DNA of 64,000 nucleotides from Caloramator sp. (GTDB lineage Bacteria; Bacillota; Clostridia; Clostridiales; Caloramatoraceae). Position numbers and translations under genes: made by a program. Below are positions 1 to 10,883 of the stretch, in pieces (the first letter of the stretch is position 1; each line of letters begins with the position of its first letter). The stretch covers positions 1,986 to 65,985 of the forward strand of contig JAOAAJ010000103.1 of the NCBI GenBank assembly GCA_026418935.1, given 5' to 3'. The notes under the pieces are model-generated. The model did no database searches. It was given only the letters and a program-made list of their open reading frames with translations, and had not been told where the DNA came from.

Positions 1-1
1 G

Positions 2-349
2 GTTCCACATACTATTATTTATGTTGATGAAATCTATGATGAGGATGTACTAAAATATGGACCAGTAATAGAAAAGATGGATATTTTTAAAAAGGGAACA
101 AATGTGAATTTTGTAAAGGTAGTAGATAAAGATAATATTAAGATTAGAACTTGGGAGAGGGGAGCAGGATATACATTTGCCTGTGGTACAGGGACATGTG
201 CAGGTGTTGTTGCAACCTTTATAAATGGGTTAACAAATAATAAGGTAAATGCTGATTTAAAATTAGGTAGATTAAAAATAACATACGATGACTTTGTATT
301 TATGGAGGGACCTGCTGAATTTATATGTGAAGGAAGGCTACTTCTGTGA
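2..349 (+). CDS. dapF: Diaminopimelate epimerase (5'-truncated by window edge)
   Basis: Frame is open from base 2 (VPHTIIYVD...); contains GTNVNF and RTWERGAGYTFACGTG DapF motifs. Confidence 0.93.
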   Translation, partial: VPHTIIYVDEIYDEDVLKYGPVIEKMDIFKKGTNVNFVKVVDKDNIKIRTWERGAGYTFACGTGTCAGVVATFINGLTNNKVNADLKLGRLKITYDDFVFMEGPAEFICEGRLLL

Positions 350-406
350 CATAAATTTATATTTTGAATATTATAGTAGTAAAGTAATTTTAGGAGAGAG
401 CCTATT

Positions 407-1567
407 TTGAAGTTGTCTAACAGATTAAACAGGGTTCCAAAGTATATTTTCTCAAGACTTGATGAATTAAAATCAAATTATAATGCAAAGGGAATAAAGG
501 TTATTGATTTAAGTATAGGTGATCCTGATATTGAAACACCTGAATTTATTGTAGACTATTTAACTGAAGCTTTAAAGTATCCAAACTATCACAAATATCC
601 ACCCTATGATGGCATAGAAGAACTTAAAATGTCTATTGCAAATTACTACAAAAGAAGATTTAATGTAGATTTAGATTATAAAGATGAAGTTGCTGTGCTC
701 ATAGGTTCTAAAGAGGGAATTGCACATATGTTTCTTGCACTTACAGACATAGATGATTATGTAATAATACCAGACCCTGCTTATCCCGTTTACAGAGCAG
801 TTTCCTATATAGCAGGATGTAATGTATATACAATGCCTTTAATCTATGAAGATAGGTACTTGCCACGATTAGAAAACATATATGATGAAGTAAAAAGAAA
901 GGCAAAACTTCTTGTTACCAATTATCCAAATAATCCAACAGGCGCAGTTTCTAATGCTGAGTTCTTTTCTAAGCTTATTAGGTTTGGAAAAGAAAATGAT
1001 ATATTGATAGCAAATGATGCAGCCTATGTTGAGATATTATCAAATGGACAAAAACCCATAAGTATTCTGCAAGTTGAAGGAGCAAAGGATATAGCTATTG
1101 AATTTGGAAGCCTTTCAAAAATGTTTAGTATGACAGGTTGGAGAATTGGTTTTGTAGTTGGTAGCAAAGAGGCAGTAAGTAAAATAGTTTCTGTTAAATC
1201 TAATTTTGATTCTGGACAATTTATTCCAATACAAAGAGCAGCTGCTTTTGCACTTGATTTTTCTGATGTATATGTTGATTTTGTCAATGACATATATAAT
1301 GAAAGAAGAAAAATTGTGATAGAAGCCCTTAAATCAAAAAATTTAACTATATTTGATTCAGAAGGAACCTTCTATGTTTGGTTTAAGGTACCAGAAAACT
1401 ATAAATCAGAGGAATTTTGTACAATGCTTTTGGAGAAGGCACATGTTTTAATTACACCAGGAAATGCATTTGGAGATAGAGGAGAAGGGTTTGCAAGAAT
1501 ATCATTAACCTGTAATAGCTTAGAATTAAAGGAAGCTATGGAAAATATTAAGGCTGTTGAATTTTAA
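407..1567 (+). CDS. dapL: LL-diaminopimelate aminotransferase (class I/II PLP aminotransferase)
   Basis: DLSIGDPD, GSKEG, NYPNNPTG, DAAY, SLSKMFSMTGWRIG motifs; adjacent to dapF; TTG start after AGGAG. Confidence 0.8.
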   Translation: MKLSNRLNRVPKYIFSRLDELKSNYNAKGIKVIDLSIGDPDIETPEFIVDYLTEALKYPNYHKYPPYDGIEELKMSIANYYKRRFNVDLDYKDEVAVLIGSKEGIAHMFLALTDIDDYVIIPDPAYPVYRAVSYIAGCNVYTMPLIYEDRYLPRLENIYDEVKRKAKLLVTNYPNNPTGAVSNAEFFSKLIRFGKENDILIANDAAYVEILSNGQKPISILQVEGAKDIAIEFGSLSKMFSMTGWRIGFVVGSKEAVSKIVSVKSNFDSGQFIPIQRAAAFALDFSDVYVDFVNDIYNERRKIVIEALKSKNLTIFDSEGTFYVWFKVPENYKSEEFCTMLLEKAHVLITPGNAFGDRGEGFARISLTCNSLELKEAMENIKAVEF

Positions 1568-1600
1568 TAAATCTCCTCCACAAATATGGAGGAGATTTAT
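1567..1600. terminator. Perfect 14-bp hairpin after dapL, probable terminator
   Basis: ATAAATCTCCTCCA-caaata-TGGAGGAGATTTAT. Confidence 0.7.
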
Positions 1601-1610
1601 TAAAATAATC

Positions 1611-1640
1611 TTGAAAAATTATGTATACATTAGATATAAT
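1611..1640 (+). promoter_or_regulatory. sigma-A promoter of the yicC-remA-gmk operon
   Basis: TTGAAA-18nt-TATAAT. Confidence 0.6.
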
Positions 1641-1686
1641 AAGAAAGAATGAAAAAAACAAAGATTAAAGGTTAGAAGGTGAAATT

Positions 1687-2565
1687 GTGGTAAAGAGTAT
1701 GACAGGATACGGAAGAGGGTATTCTGAAATGAACAACAGAGCGTTTACTGTAGAATTAAAATCAGTAAACAATAGATATTTAGATATAAACATAAGATAT
1801 CCTAAACATCTAATGTCCCTTGAAGATAAAATTAGAAAATATATATCTTCTTATATATCAAGAGGGAAAATAGATGTCTACATATCACAGGATAAATTCA
1901 GTAAAGATGATATAGAAGTAAAGCTTGATGAAAATATTGCAAAGGCCTATTGTGATGCCTTTAAAATTATGAGTGAAAAGTTAGAGTTAGAAAATGATAT
2001 AACTGTTTCAAGGTTATCAAAATTTCAAGATGTTTTAAGTATTGAAAAGAAGGAAGAGGTTACTGAAGAAATTTGGGAAGTTTTAAGGAATGCATTAGAA
2101 AATGCTTTAAATATGTTTATTGACATGAGACAAAAAGAAGGTATAAAATTAAGCGAGGATTTAATAGCAAGATGTGATAAAATAACAGAGTTTGTTGGTA
2201 AAATTGAAGAAAGATCAGATTTAGTGGTTGAAGAGTATAGAGAAAAAATATACCAAAGGGTAACTGAATTTTTGAAGAATGTTGAGGTTGATGAGGCAAG
2301 GCTATTAAATGAGGTTGCCTTTTTTGCAGACAAGTGTAATATAACAGAGGAAATAGTTAGATTAAGAAGCCATGTTAAACAATTTAAAGAAAGTTTAAAT
2401 TTAGATGAACCTATAGGCAAGAAACTTGATTTTATAGTTCAAGAGATGAATAGAGAAACAAATACAATAGGTTCAAAATCAAATGACTTAACCATTACAA
2501 ATATTGTAGTTCAAATTAAAAGTGAAATAGAAAAAATAAGAGAACAAATACAAAATATTGAATAG
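1687..2565 (+). CDS. yloC: YicC/YloC family endoribonuclease
   Basis: N-terminal [20 protein letters not shown]-terminal [21 protein letters not shown]. Confidence 0.93.
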   Translation: MVKSMTGYGRGYSEMNNRAFTVELKSVNNRYLDINIRYPKHLMSLEDKIRKYISSYISRGKIDVYISQDKFSKDDIEVKLDENIAKAYCDAFKIMSEKLELENDITVSRLSKFQDVLSIEKKEEVTEEIWEVLRNALENALNMFIDMRQKEGIKLSEDLIARCDKITEFVGKIEERSDLVVEEYREKIYQRVTEFLKNVEVDEARLLNEVAFFADKCNITEEIVRLRSHVKQFKESLNLDEPIGKKLDFIVQEMNRETNTIGSKSNDLTITNIVVQIKSEIEKIREQIQNIE

Positions 2566-2576
2566 GAGGAACAATA

Positions 2577-2852
2577 ATGGCGATTAAATTAATAAACATT
2601 GGTTTTGGTAATATTGTATCAGCAAATAGAATTATTGCAATTGTAAGCCCAGAGTCAGCACCTATTAAAAGAATAATTCAAGAGGCAAGAGATAGAGGAA
2701 TGTTAATTGATGCTACATATGGAAGAAGAACAAGAGCAGTTATAATTACAGATAGTGACCATGTAATATTATCTGCAGTACAACCAGAAACTGTTGCACA
2801 TAGATTATCAACAAAAGAAGAAGTAGACGTAATAGAAGAATCAGAAGAATAA
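2577..2852 (+). CDS. remA: DUF370 / extracellular matrix regulator RemA
   Basis: [28 protein letters not shown]...[14 protein letters not shown]; conserved position before gmk. Confidence 0.93.
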   Translation: MAIKLINIGFGNIVSANRIIAIVSPESAPIKRIIQEARDRGMLIDATYGRRTRAVIITDSDHVILSAVQPETVAHRLSTKEEVDVIEESEE

Positions 2853-2867
2853 AGGAAGGGTAATGCT

Positions 2868-3488
2868 ATGAAAAATAAAGGACTTTTAATTGTAATTTCT
2901 GGACCATCAGGTGCAGGTAAAGGCACAATCTGTAGGGCACTTTTAGAAAAGCATCCAGAAATAAAATTATCTGTGTCTTGTACTACAAGAAGTCCAAGAC
3001 AAAATGAAGTAGAAGGAATAAATTATTATTTTATTTCAAAGGATAAATTTAAAGAAATGATTGATAAGGATGAGTTCTTAGAATATGCTGAGGTTTATGA
3101 TAACTACTATGGAACTCCAAGAAAAAATGTTGAGCGTATATTAAATGAAGGAAATGATATAATATTAGAAATAGATATACAAGGTGCACTTAAGGTTAAG
3201 GAAAAATATCCAGAGGGTGTATTTGTTTTTATAATGCCACCTTCAATGGAGGAACTAAAAAACAGAATTAAAAAGAGGGGTTCAGAAACAGAAGAATCAC
3301 TTTTAAAGCGCTTTAAATCAGCTTTTCAAGAGATTAATTATGTTGCAAATTACAATTATGTTATTGTAAATGATGTAGTAGAAGATGCTGTTAAAAGACT
3401 TGAGTCAATAATTGTAGCAGAAAAGTGTAGAGTTGATAGATTAAAGGGAAACTATATATTTTTGCAGGAGGGATTTTTAAATGACTAA
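2868..3488 (+). CDS. gmk: Guanylate kinase
   Basis: P-loop GPSGAGKGT, TTRSPR, YYGTP. Confidence 0.97.
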   Translation: MKNKGLLIVISGPSGAGKGTICRALLEKHPEIKLSVSCTTRSPRQNEVEGINYYFISKDKFKEMIDKDEFLEYAEVYDNYYGTPRKNVERILNEGNDIILEIDIQGALKVKEKYPEGVFVFIMPPSMEELKNRIKKRGSETEESLLKRFKSAFQEINYVANYNYVIVNDVVEDAVKRLESIIVAEKCRVDRLKGNYIFLQEGFLND

Positions 3489-3705
3489 TAATACTAACAT
3501 GATTAATCCATCAATTGTTTCACTATTACAAAAGGTTAGTGATAGATATTCACTTGTTGTAGTTACAGCAAGACGTGCAAGACAGTTAATTGATAAAGCA
3601 GAACCTCTTGTTAAAGTAAATTCAAACAAGCCTGTTACTATTGCTATAAATGAAATTAATGAAGGAAAAATAAAATACGAGAGCTTAAAATCAGGTATAA
3701 AATAA
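3481..3705 (+). CDS. rpoZ: RNA polymerase omega subunit (start may be ATG 3499)
   Basis: PSIVSLL...RYSLVVVTARRARQL...KPVTIAINEI; lies between gmk and coaBC. Confidence 0.93.
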   Translation: MTNNTNMINPSIVSLLQKVSDRYSLVVVTARRARQLIDKAEPLVKVNSNKPVTIAINEINEGKIKYESLKSGIK

Positions 3706-3718
3706 TTGAGGTGTTTAT

Positions 3719-4897
3719 ATGTCTAAAAATGTTGTACTAGGGGTATCTGGTGGAATTGCCTGCTATAAAGCATTAGATATTGTAAGCAGGCTTAAAAAAA
3801 AGGGTATAAATGTATATGTAATTATGACACAATCTGCAACTGAATTTGTTGCACCCCTTAGTTTTCAATCTTTAAGTCAAAATTATGTTGTGGTTGATAT
3901 GTTTGAAGATCCCAAAACTTGGGAGGTAGAACATATTTCCCTTGCTGAAAAGGCAGATGTTTTTGTAATTGCACCAGCAACTGCAAATGTTATAGGTAAG
4001 ATAGCAAACGGAATTGCAGATGATATGCTAACAACAACAGTTATGGCCACTAAGGCTCCAGTTTTAATAGCACCAGCAATGAATACTAATATGTATGAAA
4101 ATAAGATAGTTCAAAGAAACATAGAGTTTTTAAGGTCAATAGGTTACCATTTTGTAGAACCAGAATCAGGTAGACTTGCCTGTGGAGCAGTTGGTAAGGG
4201 AAAGCTTGCAGAACCTGAAAAAATAGTCGAATACATTGAAATGCTCCTTTATAAAGAAAAGGATTTAACAGGTAAAAACATTTTAATAACAGCAGGGCCT
4301 ACAAGAGAGGACATAGACCCTGTTAGGTTTATTACAAATAGATCAACAGGGAAGATGGGCTATGCTATAGCAAGGGCAGCAAGGGATAGAGGAGCAAATG
4401 TAACCCTTATTACAGGCCCAACTAATATAAATCCGCCATCATTTATAGATATTGTAAATGTTTATAGTGCTGAGGATATGTATAGGGCTGTTAGTGAAAG
4501 ATTTGATAGCTGTGATGTTTTAGTTATGTCAGCAGCCGTTGCAGACTATAGGCCTAAAGATAGAAGTGATATAAAGATAAAAAAATCAGATGATGATTTA
4601 AAAATAGAGCTTACACGAAATAAAGACATATTATTTGAAATTAAAGATAGAAAAACTCATCAAGTTGTAATTGGGTTTGCAGCAGAAACAAATGATGTTT
4701 TGGAAAATGCACAGAAGAAAATTAAAAAGAAGAACTTAGATTTTATTGTAGCAAATGATGTAAGTCAAAAGGATAGTGGATTTGGTACAGATACAAATAC
4801 TATAAAAATTATAGACAAGTTTGGTAATATTAAGGATTATCCAAATATGTCTAAGGATGATGTAGCACACACTATACTTGATTTGTTAGTTAAATAA
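3719..4897 (+). CDS. coaBC: Bifunctional phosphopantothenoylcysteine decarboxylase/ligase
   Basis: GVSGGIACYK, APAMNTNM, TAGPTREDIDPVRFITNRSTGKMG, GFAAET. Confidence 0.97.
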   Translation: MSKNVVLGVSGGIACYKALDIVSRLKKKGINVYVIMTQSATEFVAPLSFQSLSQNYVVVDMFEDPKTWEVEHISLAEKADVFVIAPATANVIGKIANGIADDMLTTTVMATKAPVLIAPAMNTNMYENKIVQRNIEFLRSIGYHFVEPESGRLACGAVGKGKLAEPEKIVEYIEMLLYKEKDLTGKNILITAGPTREDIDPVRFITNRSTGKMGYAIARAARDRGANVTLITGPTNINPPSFIDIVNVYSAEDMYRAVSERFDSCDVLVMSAAVADYRPKDRSDIKIKKSDDDLKIELTRNKDILFEIKDRKTHQVVIGFAAETNDVLENAQKKIKKKNLDFIVANDVSQKDSGFGTDTNTIKIIDKFGNIKDYPNMSKDDVAHTILDLLVK

Positions 4898-4901
4898 GCA
4901 G

Positions 4902-4929
4902 AAAAAAAGAGCACTTCTGCTCTTTTTTT
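4902..4929 (+). terminator. Intrinsic terminator after coaBC
   Basis: AAAAAAAGAGCA-cttc-TGCTCTTTTTTT. Confidence 0.75.
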
Positions 4930-4999
4930 GTATTTTATAAATTTGCCTACAGATTTCTTTAGTAAAATAGAAGGAGCTTTAAGATATGGAGGATAATTT

Positions 5000-7402
5000 A
5001 TGATAATAGCATCTATATGTGTCGATAATCCTTCTAAAGAAATAGATAGATTATTTGATTATTTAGTTCCTGATAGTTTGAAGGAGAATATAAAATTAGG
5101 TACAAGGGTAGTTGTACCCTTTGGAGCATCAAATAAACTTATTCAGGGTGTTGTTTTAGATACAGATGAAAAAAGTGAAGAAAAAATAAAATATAAAGAG
5201 ATATATGATATTATTGATGAGGAATTTATATTGCCACAGGATTTAATTAAGCTTGCTTATTTTATGAAGGAAAAATACCTATGTACACTAAGTGAAGCAA
5301 TTTATTCTATCCTTCCACCTAAAATGGGAATTACAGAGCATTTTGAGGCAAAGATAATTAGTGATGATATTAGTATATGCTCTAAGAAAGAAAAACAATT
5401 TTTATCAATGTTAAATAAAGATAATTATGTAAGGATAGATTTAAAAGCTTTTAACATAAAAAGAGCAGATTTAATAAGTCTTAGAAATAGAGGTATAATA
5501 GATTTAAAAATAGATACAAAGCAAAACATAAATAAAAAGACAATAGAGTTTATAAGACTCAAAGACTATAAAATGGCTGTAGAATTATTAAATAATAAAA
5601 GATTAAAACAACAAAAAAATATTATAGAGTATTTCTTAAATAATAACATAAAGGAAATTCAATTGTCACAGCTTATTGAAATATTAGATTGTTCACGAGT
5701 TACAATAAAATCATTGGTAGAAAAGAATATTCTTGAAATATTTGAAAAGGAAGTCTACAGAGAGGTTGCATCAGAATATATAAATTATCCTAAACATATT
5801 TTATCTGATGTACAGAGGAAGGCATTTGAGACAATACTAAAAGAATATAAAGAAGGAAGAAGAGTATCGTTGATAAGAGGTGTTACAGGCTGTGGAAAGA
5901 CGGAAATTTATTTGAATTTAGTTGAACATTTTATTAATTTAAATTATGGTGCAATAGTTTTAGTACCTGAAATATCCTTAACACCTCAAACTGTTGAAAG
6001 ATTTAAGGGAAGATTTAAGGATAGAGTGGCAATACTTCATAGTAGACTTTCAGATGGAGAAAGATATGATGAATGGAGAAGAATAAGCCGTGGAGAGGCT
6101 AAAATTGTGGTTGGTGCAAGGTCTGCAGTATTTGCACCAGTTGAAAATTTAAAGTTAATAATTATAGATGAAGAACACGAATATTCCTATAAATCAGAAC
6201 AAAACCCAAAATATTTAACACGCGAGGTTGCAGAAAAAAGAGTTAATTTGATTGATGGTCTTTTGGTTTTAGGTTCAGCAACACCTTCAATTGAGAGCTA
6301 TTATAATGTAAGTAGGGGTCTTTATAATTTAGTTGAAATAGATGAGAGAGTTACTGGTTCAACTTTACCTGATGTAAATGTAGTAGATATGCGTCAGGAA
6401 TTAATTACAGGAAACAGATCAATATTTAGTAGAGAACTTTATAATTCAATTGAAGAAAATTTAAAAAACAATAAACAGACGATTTTATTTTTAAACAGAA
6501 GAGGATATTCAACCTTTGTTTCCTGTAGAGAATGTGGTTATGTATGTAAGTGCTCTAATTGTGATGTATCAATGACATATCATATCTCTACAAATACACT
6601 TGAATGCCATTATTGTGGTCAAAGGATGTATGTACCAAAACTTTGCCCAAAATGTAAAAGCAAATATATTAAGCATTTTGGTGTAGGTACAGAAAAAATA
6701 GAACAGGAAGTAAAAAGGTTATTTCCACAAGCACGTGTAATTAGAATGGATATGGATACAACAAGAAAAAAGGGAGAACATGAAAGACTATATAGAATGT
6801 TTAAAGAGCATAAGGCAGATATATTGATTGGAACACAAATGATTAGTAAGGGTATGGATTTTAAAAATGTAACTTTAGTTGGAGTTGTTGCAGCAGATAC
6901 AATGCTTAATCTTCCTGACTTTAGAGCAGCAGAAAGGACATTTCAACTTCTTGTTCAAGTAGCAGGAAGAGCAGGTAGAGGTGAGGATAAGGGTAAAGTA
7001 GTTATTCAAACCTATGAGCCTGAACATTATAGTATACAACTTGCAACAACACAAAATTATAATGAATTTTATAAAAAGGAGATAGAAATAAGAAGATTTT
7101 TAAATAACCCTCCTTTTACCAATTTAACATATATTCTTTTTACATCAGATATAGAAGAGGAGCTTATTAAAATATGTAAAGAAATTGAGCAAGAAATAAG
7201 AAGAATATTACCTAACGATGTTACTATACTTGGACCAACTCCTAATTTTATATCAAAAATTAAAAATACATTTAGATGGAATATGATGATTAAGGGAAGC
7301 ATAGTTGATTATGTAGATATTATTGATAAAATAATATATGATAAGACAAGAGCAACATCAGTTAAATATTCAATTGACTTAAATCCATATAGTTTAATAT
7401 GA
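5000..7402 (+). CDS. priA: Primosomal protein N' helicase
   Basis: GVTGCGKTE, DEEH, Cys-rich zinc motifs, QVAGRAGR. Confidence 0.97.
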   Translation: MIIASICVDNPSKEIDRLFDYLVPDSLKENIKLGTRVVVPFGASNKLIQGVVLDTDEKSEEKIKYKEIYDIIDEEFILPQDLIKLAYFMKEKYLCTLSEAIYSILPPKMGITEHFEAKIISDDISICSKKEKQFLSMLNKDNYVRIDLKAFNIKRADLISLRNRGIIDLKIDTKQNINKKTIEFIRLKDYKMAVELLNNKRLKQQKNIIEYFLNNNIKEIQLSQLIEILDCSRVTIKSLVEKNILEIFEKEVYREVASEYINYPKHILSDVQRKAFETILKEYKEGRRVSLIRGVTGCGKTEIYLNLVEHFINLNYGAIVLVPEISLTPQTVERFKGRFKDRVAILHSRLSDGERYDEWRRISRGEAKIVVGARSAVFAPVENLKLIIIDEEHEYSYKSEQNPKYLTREVAEKRVNLIDGLLVLGSATPSIESYYNVSRGLYNLVEIDERVTGSTLPDVNVVDMRQELITGNRSIFSRELYNSIEENLKNNKQTILFLNRRGYSTFVSCRECGYVCKCSNCDVSMTYHISTNTLECHYCGQRMYVPKLCPKCKSKYIKHFGVGTEKIEQEVKRLFPQARVIRMDMDTTRKKGEHERLYRMFKEHKADILIGTQMISKGMDFKNVTLVGVVAADTMLNLPDFRAAERTFQLLVQVAGRAGRGEDKGKVVIQTYEPEHYSIQLATTQNYNEFYKKEIEIRRFLNNPPFTNLTYILFTSDIEEELIKICKEIEQEIRRILPNDVTILGPTPNFISKIKNTFRWNMMIKGSIVDYVDIIDKIIYDKTRATSVKYSIDLNPYSLI

Positions 7403-7415
7403 AGGAGTGGTATAA

Positions 7416-7865
7416 ATGGCATTAAGACAAATAAGAAAAGTAGGAGATGACGTTTTAAGAAAGGTAAGTAAACCTGTAGTTAAGTTTGATGATAGACTAA
7501 AGATTTTAGTGGAGGATATGATAGATACTATGTATGAAGCAGATGGTGTTGGCCTTGCAGCACCACAGGTTGGTATATTAAAAAGAGTTATAGTTATTGA
7601 TGTAGGTAATGGGCCTAAGGCATATATTAACCCTGAAATAATATATGAAGAGGGAGAACAAATAGATGATGAAGGCTGTTTAAGCGTACCAAATAGAAGA
7701 GGTCAAGTAAGAAGACCTTATAAAGTTAAAGTAAAAGCACAAGATATAAACGGAAATGAGTTTATAGAAGAGGGAGAAGAACTTTTAGCACGTGCATTTT
7801 GCCACGAAATTGACCATTTAAATGGTGTGTTGTTTATTGACAAAATAATTGAGCAGGGAGAGTGA
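7416..7865 (+). CDS. def: Peptide deformylase
   Basis: [20 protein letters not shown]. Confidence 0.98.
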   Translation: MALRQIRKVGDDVLRKVSKPVVKFDDRLKILVEDMIDTMYEADGVGLAAPQVGILKRVIVIDVGNGPKAYINPEIIYEEGEQIDDEGCLSVPNRRGQVRRPYKVKVKAQDINGNEFIEEGEELLARAFCHEIDHLNGVLFIDKIIEQGE

Positions 7866-7869
7866 TTAA

Positions 7870-8799
7870 ATGAAGGTTGTATTCATGGGGACTCCTGATT
7901 TTGCGGTTCCTACATTAAAAAAATTAATTGAAGAACATGATGTTATAGCTGTTTTTACTCAACCAGACAAACCAAAGGGAAGAGGGCAGAAGGTACAGTA
8001 TTCTCCTGTAAAGGAAGTTGCAATTGAACATAATATACCTGTATTTCAACCAAGTAAAATAAAAAAGGAAGTAGAATATATTGATAAACTTAAAGAGTTA
8101 AATCCAGATGTATGCGTAGTTGTGGCTTATGGTCAAATACTTCCAAAGGAAGTGCTTGATATTCCAAAGTATGGCTGCATAAATGTTCACGCATCATTAT
8201 TACCTGAACTTAGGGGTGCAGCACCAATAAACTGGTCAATAATTAATGGAAATAAAGTGACAGGTATTACAACAATGATGATGGATGTTGGGCTTGATAC
8301 TGGCGATATGCTTTTAAAAAGGGAAGTTGAAATTTTAGATACTGATACTGCAGGTTCTCTTCACGACAAGTTGATGGTTGTAGGGGCTGAGCTTTTAATT
8401 GAAACTTTGGAAAAGATAGAAAAGGGTGAAATTAAACCACAAAAACAGGATGATTCTAAGGCTACCTATGCGCCAATGATGGATAAGGAGCTTGGACATA
8501 TTAATTGGGATAAAAATGCAAGGGAAGTATTCAATTTAATTAGGGGAGTTACTCCTTGGCCAAGTGCATATTTCTATTATGATGATTTAATGATTAAAGT
8601 TTGGAGATGTGAACTAATAGAAGGTGGGAAAAATGATGTGGCAGGAAAAATAGTTGATGTGAGCAAGGATGGGGTTAAAGTAACCTGTAGAGAGGGTATA
8701 ATAGTATTGAAGGAAGTACAGAAACAGGGAAGTAAGAGAATGGATATTGCCACCTTTTTAAATGGAAATAACCTTGAGGTTGGTAAGTTATTAAAATAG
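7870..8799 (+). CDS. fmt: Methionyl-tRNA formyltransferase
   Basis: FMGTPDFA, TQPDKP, NVHASLLP, GAAPI. Confidence 0.98.
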   Translation: MKVVFMGTPDFAVPTLKKLIEEHDVIAVFTQPDKPKGRGQKVQYSPVKEVAIEHNIPVFQPSKIKKEVEYIDKLKELNPDVCVVVAYGQILPKEVLDIPKYGCINVHASLLPELRGAAPINWSIINGNKVTGITTMMMDVGLDTGDMLLKREVEILDTDTAGSLHDKLMVVGAELLIETLEKIEKGEIKPQKQDDSKATYAPMMDKELGHINWDKNAREVFNLIRGVTPWPSAYFYYDDLMIKVWRCELIEGGKNDVAGKIVDVSKDGVKVTCREGIIVLKEVQKQGSKRMDIATFLNGNNLEVGKLLK

Positions 8800-8809
8800 G
8801 GGTGATTTT

Positions 8810-9493
8810 ATGTTTTATTATGATAGTACATTTGTTATTTTAATACCTGCGATATTGCTATCACTTTATGCTCAAGCAAAAATACAGTCTACTTATTCAA
8901 GATATTCAAGACAGTATTCTTTATCAGGTTTAACAGGTGCAGAAGCTGCAAGAAGGATACTTGATTACAACGGATTATATGATGTTGCAATTGAATTAAT
9001 CCCAGGAAATTTAACAGACCACTATGATCCAAGAGATAGAGTGTTAAGATTGTCACAGAGCGTATATCATAGTACTTCTATTGCAGCAATTGGAGTTGCT
9101 GCACATGAAGCAGGTCATGCACTTCAGCATAGCAGGGGTTATGCACCACTTATATTTAGAAACGCATTAGTTCCAGTTGCAAATATTGGATCTAATCTTT
9201 CTTGGATTTTGATAGTATTTGGAATATTTATAAGTAGTGTAGGCCTTATAAATCTTGGCATTTTACTCTTTACAGCTGTTGTTCTATTTCAAGTAATAAC
9301 TTTACCAGTTGAATTTAATGCAAGTTCAAGGGCTCTAAATCAGCTTGATAATTACAATATTTTATATAAAGAAGAGCTATATAAAGCAAAAAAAGTACTT
9401 AGTGCAGCAGCCCTGACATATGTAGCAGCAACCTTAATGGCAATCTCTCAGCTTTTAAGGCTAATTGTTTTAACACATGATTCTCGTGACTAA
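8810..9493 (+). CDS. Putative membrane zinc metallopeptidase (YugP-like)
   Basis: LTDHYDP, AHEAGH (HExxH), TLPVEFNASSRA, AALTYVA; hydrophobic segments. Confidence 0.88.
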   Translation: MFYYDSTFVILIPAILLSLYAQAKIQSTYSRYSRQYSLSGLTGAEAARRILDYNGLYDVAIELIPGNLTDHYDPRDRVLRLSQSVYHSTSIAAIGVAAHEAGHALQHSRGYAPLIFRNALVPVANIGSNLSWILIVFGIFISSVGLINLGILLFTAVVLFQVITLPVEFNASSRALNQLDNYNILYKEELYKAKKVLSAAALTYVAATLMAISQLLRLIVLTHDSRD

Positions 9494-9524
9494 TTATGAA
9501 GGAGGTTAATCTTCCTTCATAATT
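9492..9524 (+). terminator. Hairpin between the peptidase gene and rsmB
   Basis: AATTATGAAGGA...TCCTTCATAATT followed by a short T-rich run. Confidence 0.55.
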
Positions 9525-9550
9525 TTATATTATAGTTTTGGAGGTTAAAT

Positions 9551-10879
9551 ATGAAGGATTTAGCACGATATGTCGCAGTAAAAACACTATGTGATATTGA
9601 AGAGGGTGCGTTTTCCAATATAAAGTTAAATCATTATTTTAAAAAATATGATATGAAACCTTTAGATAGAGCTTTTACTTCTGAAATTGTATATGGAACC
9701 TTAAGAAACTTAATTAAAATAGACTATTTCATAAATAAATTTTCCAATGTAAAAACAAATAAAATGACAAAATGGGTATTAAATTCAATAAGGATTGCAG
9801 TATATCAAATATTTTATATGGATAAGGTTCCAGAATATGCAGCTATAAATGAGTCTGTTGAAATAGTAAAGCAAAGGGAAAAGAGAGCATCTGGTTTTGT
9901 TAATGGTGTTTTAAGGAGTATATTAAGAAATAAAGAGCAATTTGATAAAATAAATGTAAAGGACAAGATTAAAGGATTATCAATACAATATTCTCATCCT
10001 GAATGGATGGTAAAAATGTTTATTGATGAGTTTGGGGTGGAATTTACAGAGGAACTTTTAAAGGCGAATAACACAACACCAAAGCTTTCAATTAGAGTAA
10101 ATACCTTAAAAGTTTCAAAGCAAGAATTAAAGGCAATACTAATCGATAAGGGAATAAAAGTATATGATGGATTAGTAGAAGAAGCACTTATATTAGAAGA
10201 GTTTTCTAATATAGAAAAGTCTGAGGAATTTAATAAAGGTCTTTTTATAATTCAGGATGAAAGTTCTATGTTGCCAAGTAAGGTATTAGATGTAAAAGAA
10301 GATATGAAGGTTTTAGATTTGTGCAGTGCACCAGGGGGAAAGACAACACATATTGCACAGCTTATGAATAACAAAGGACAAATTGTAGCCTTTGATATTC
10401 ACGAACATAAATTAAAACTGATTAAAGATAATTCAAATAGGCTTGGTATAGATATTATAGATGCAAAATTAAAGGATGCAGAAATATTTATGGAAGAGTA
10501 CATAGATTATGCTGATAGGGTTTTAGTTGATGCACCTTGTTCTGGACTTGGACTGCTTAGAAAAAAACCAGAAATAAAGTATAATATAAAAAGGGAAGAT
10601 ATAGAAAAGTTAGTATTAATACAAAAAAATATATTAAATAATGCAGCAAAATATGTAAAAAAAGACGGATATATTGTATATAGTACATGTACAATAACAT
10701 CAAAGGAGAATGAAAAGGTAATAGAGGAGTTTTTGAAGGAGAATAATAATTTTATTTTGGAAGATGTAAGGGATTTTGTACCAGATATATTAAAAACAGA
10801 TAAAAAATATCTAAAGATATTCCCAAATATTCACAAGATGGATGGGTTCTTTATAGCAAAACTAAAGAGAATAAGGTGA
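9551..10879 (+). CDS. rsmB: 16S rRNA m5C967 methyltransferase RsmB/Sun
   Basis: NusB-like N-terminus, [23 protein letters not shown]. Confidence 0.96.
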   Translation: MKDLARYVAVKTLCDIEEGAFSNIKLNHYFKKYDMKPLDRAFTSEIVYGTLRNLIKIDYFINKFSNVKTNKMTKWVLNSIRIAVYQIFYMDKVPEYAAINESVEIVKQREKRASGFVNGVLRSILRNKEQFDKINVKDKIKGLSIQYSHPEWMVKMFIDEFGVEFTEELLKANNTTPKLSIRVNTLKVSKQELKAILIDKGIKVYDGLVEEALILEEFSNIEKSEEFNKGLFIIQDESSMLPSKVLDVKEDMKVLDLCSAPGGKTTHIAQLMNNKGQIVAFDIHEHKLKLIKDNSNRLGIDIIDAKLKDAEIFMEEYIDYADRVLVDAPCSGLGLLRKKPEIKYNIKREDIEKLVLIQKNILNNAAKYVKKDGYIVYSTCTITSKENEKVIEEFLKENNNFILEDVRDFVPDILKTDKKYLKIFPNIHKMDGFFIAKLKRIR

Positions 10880-10883
10880 TAGG

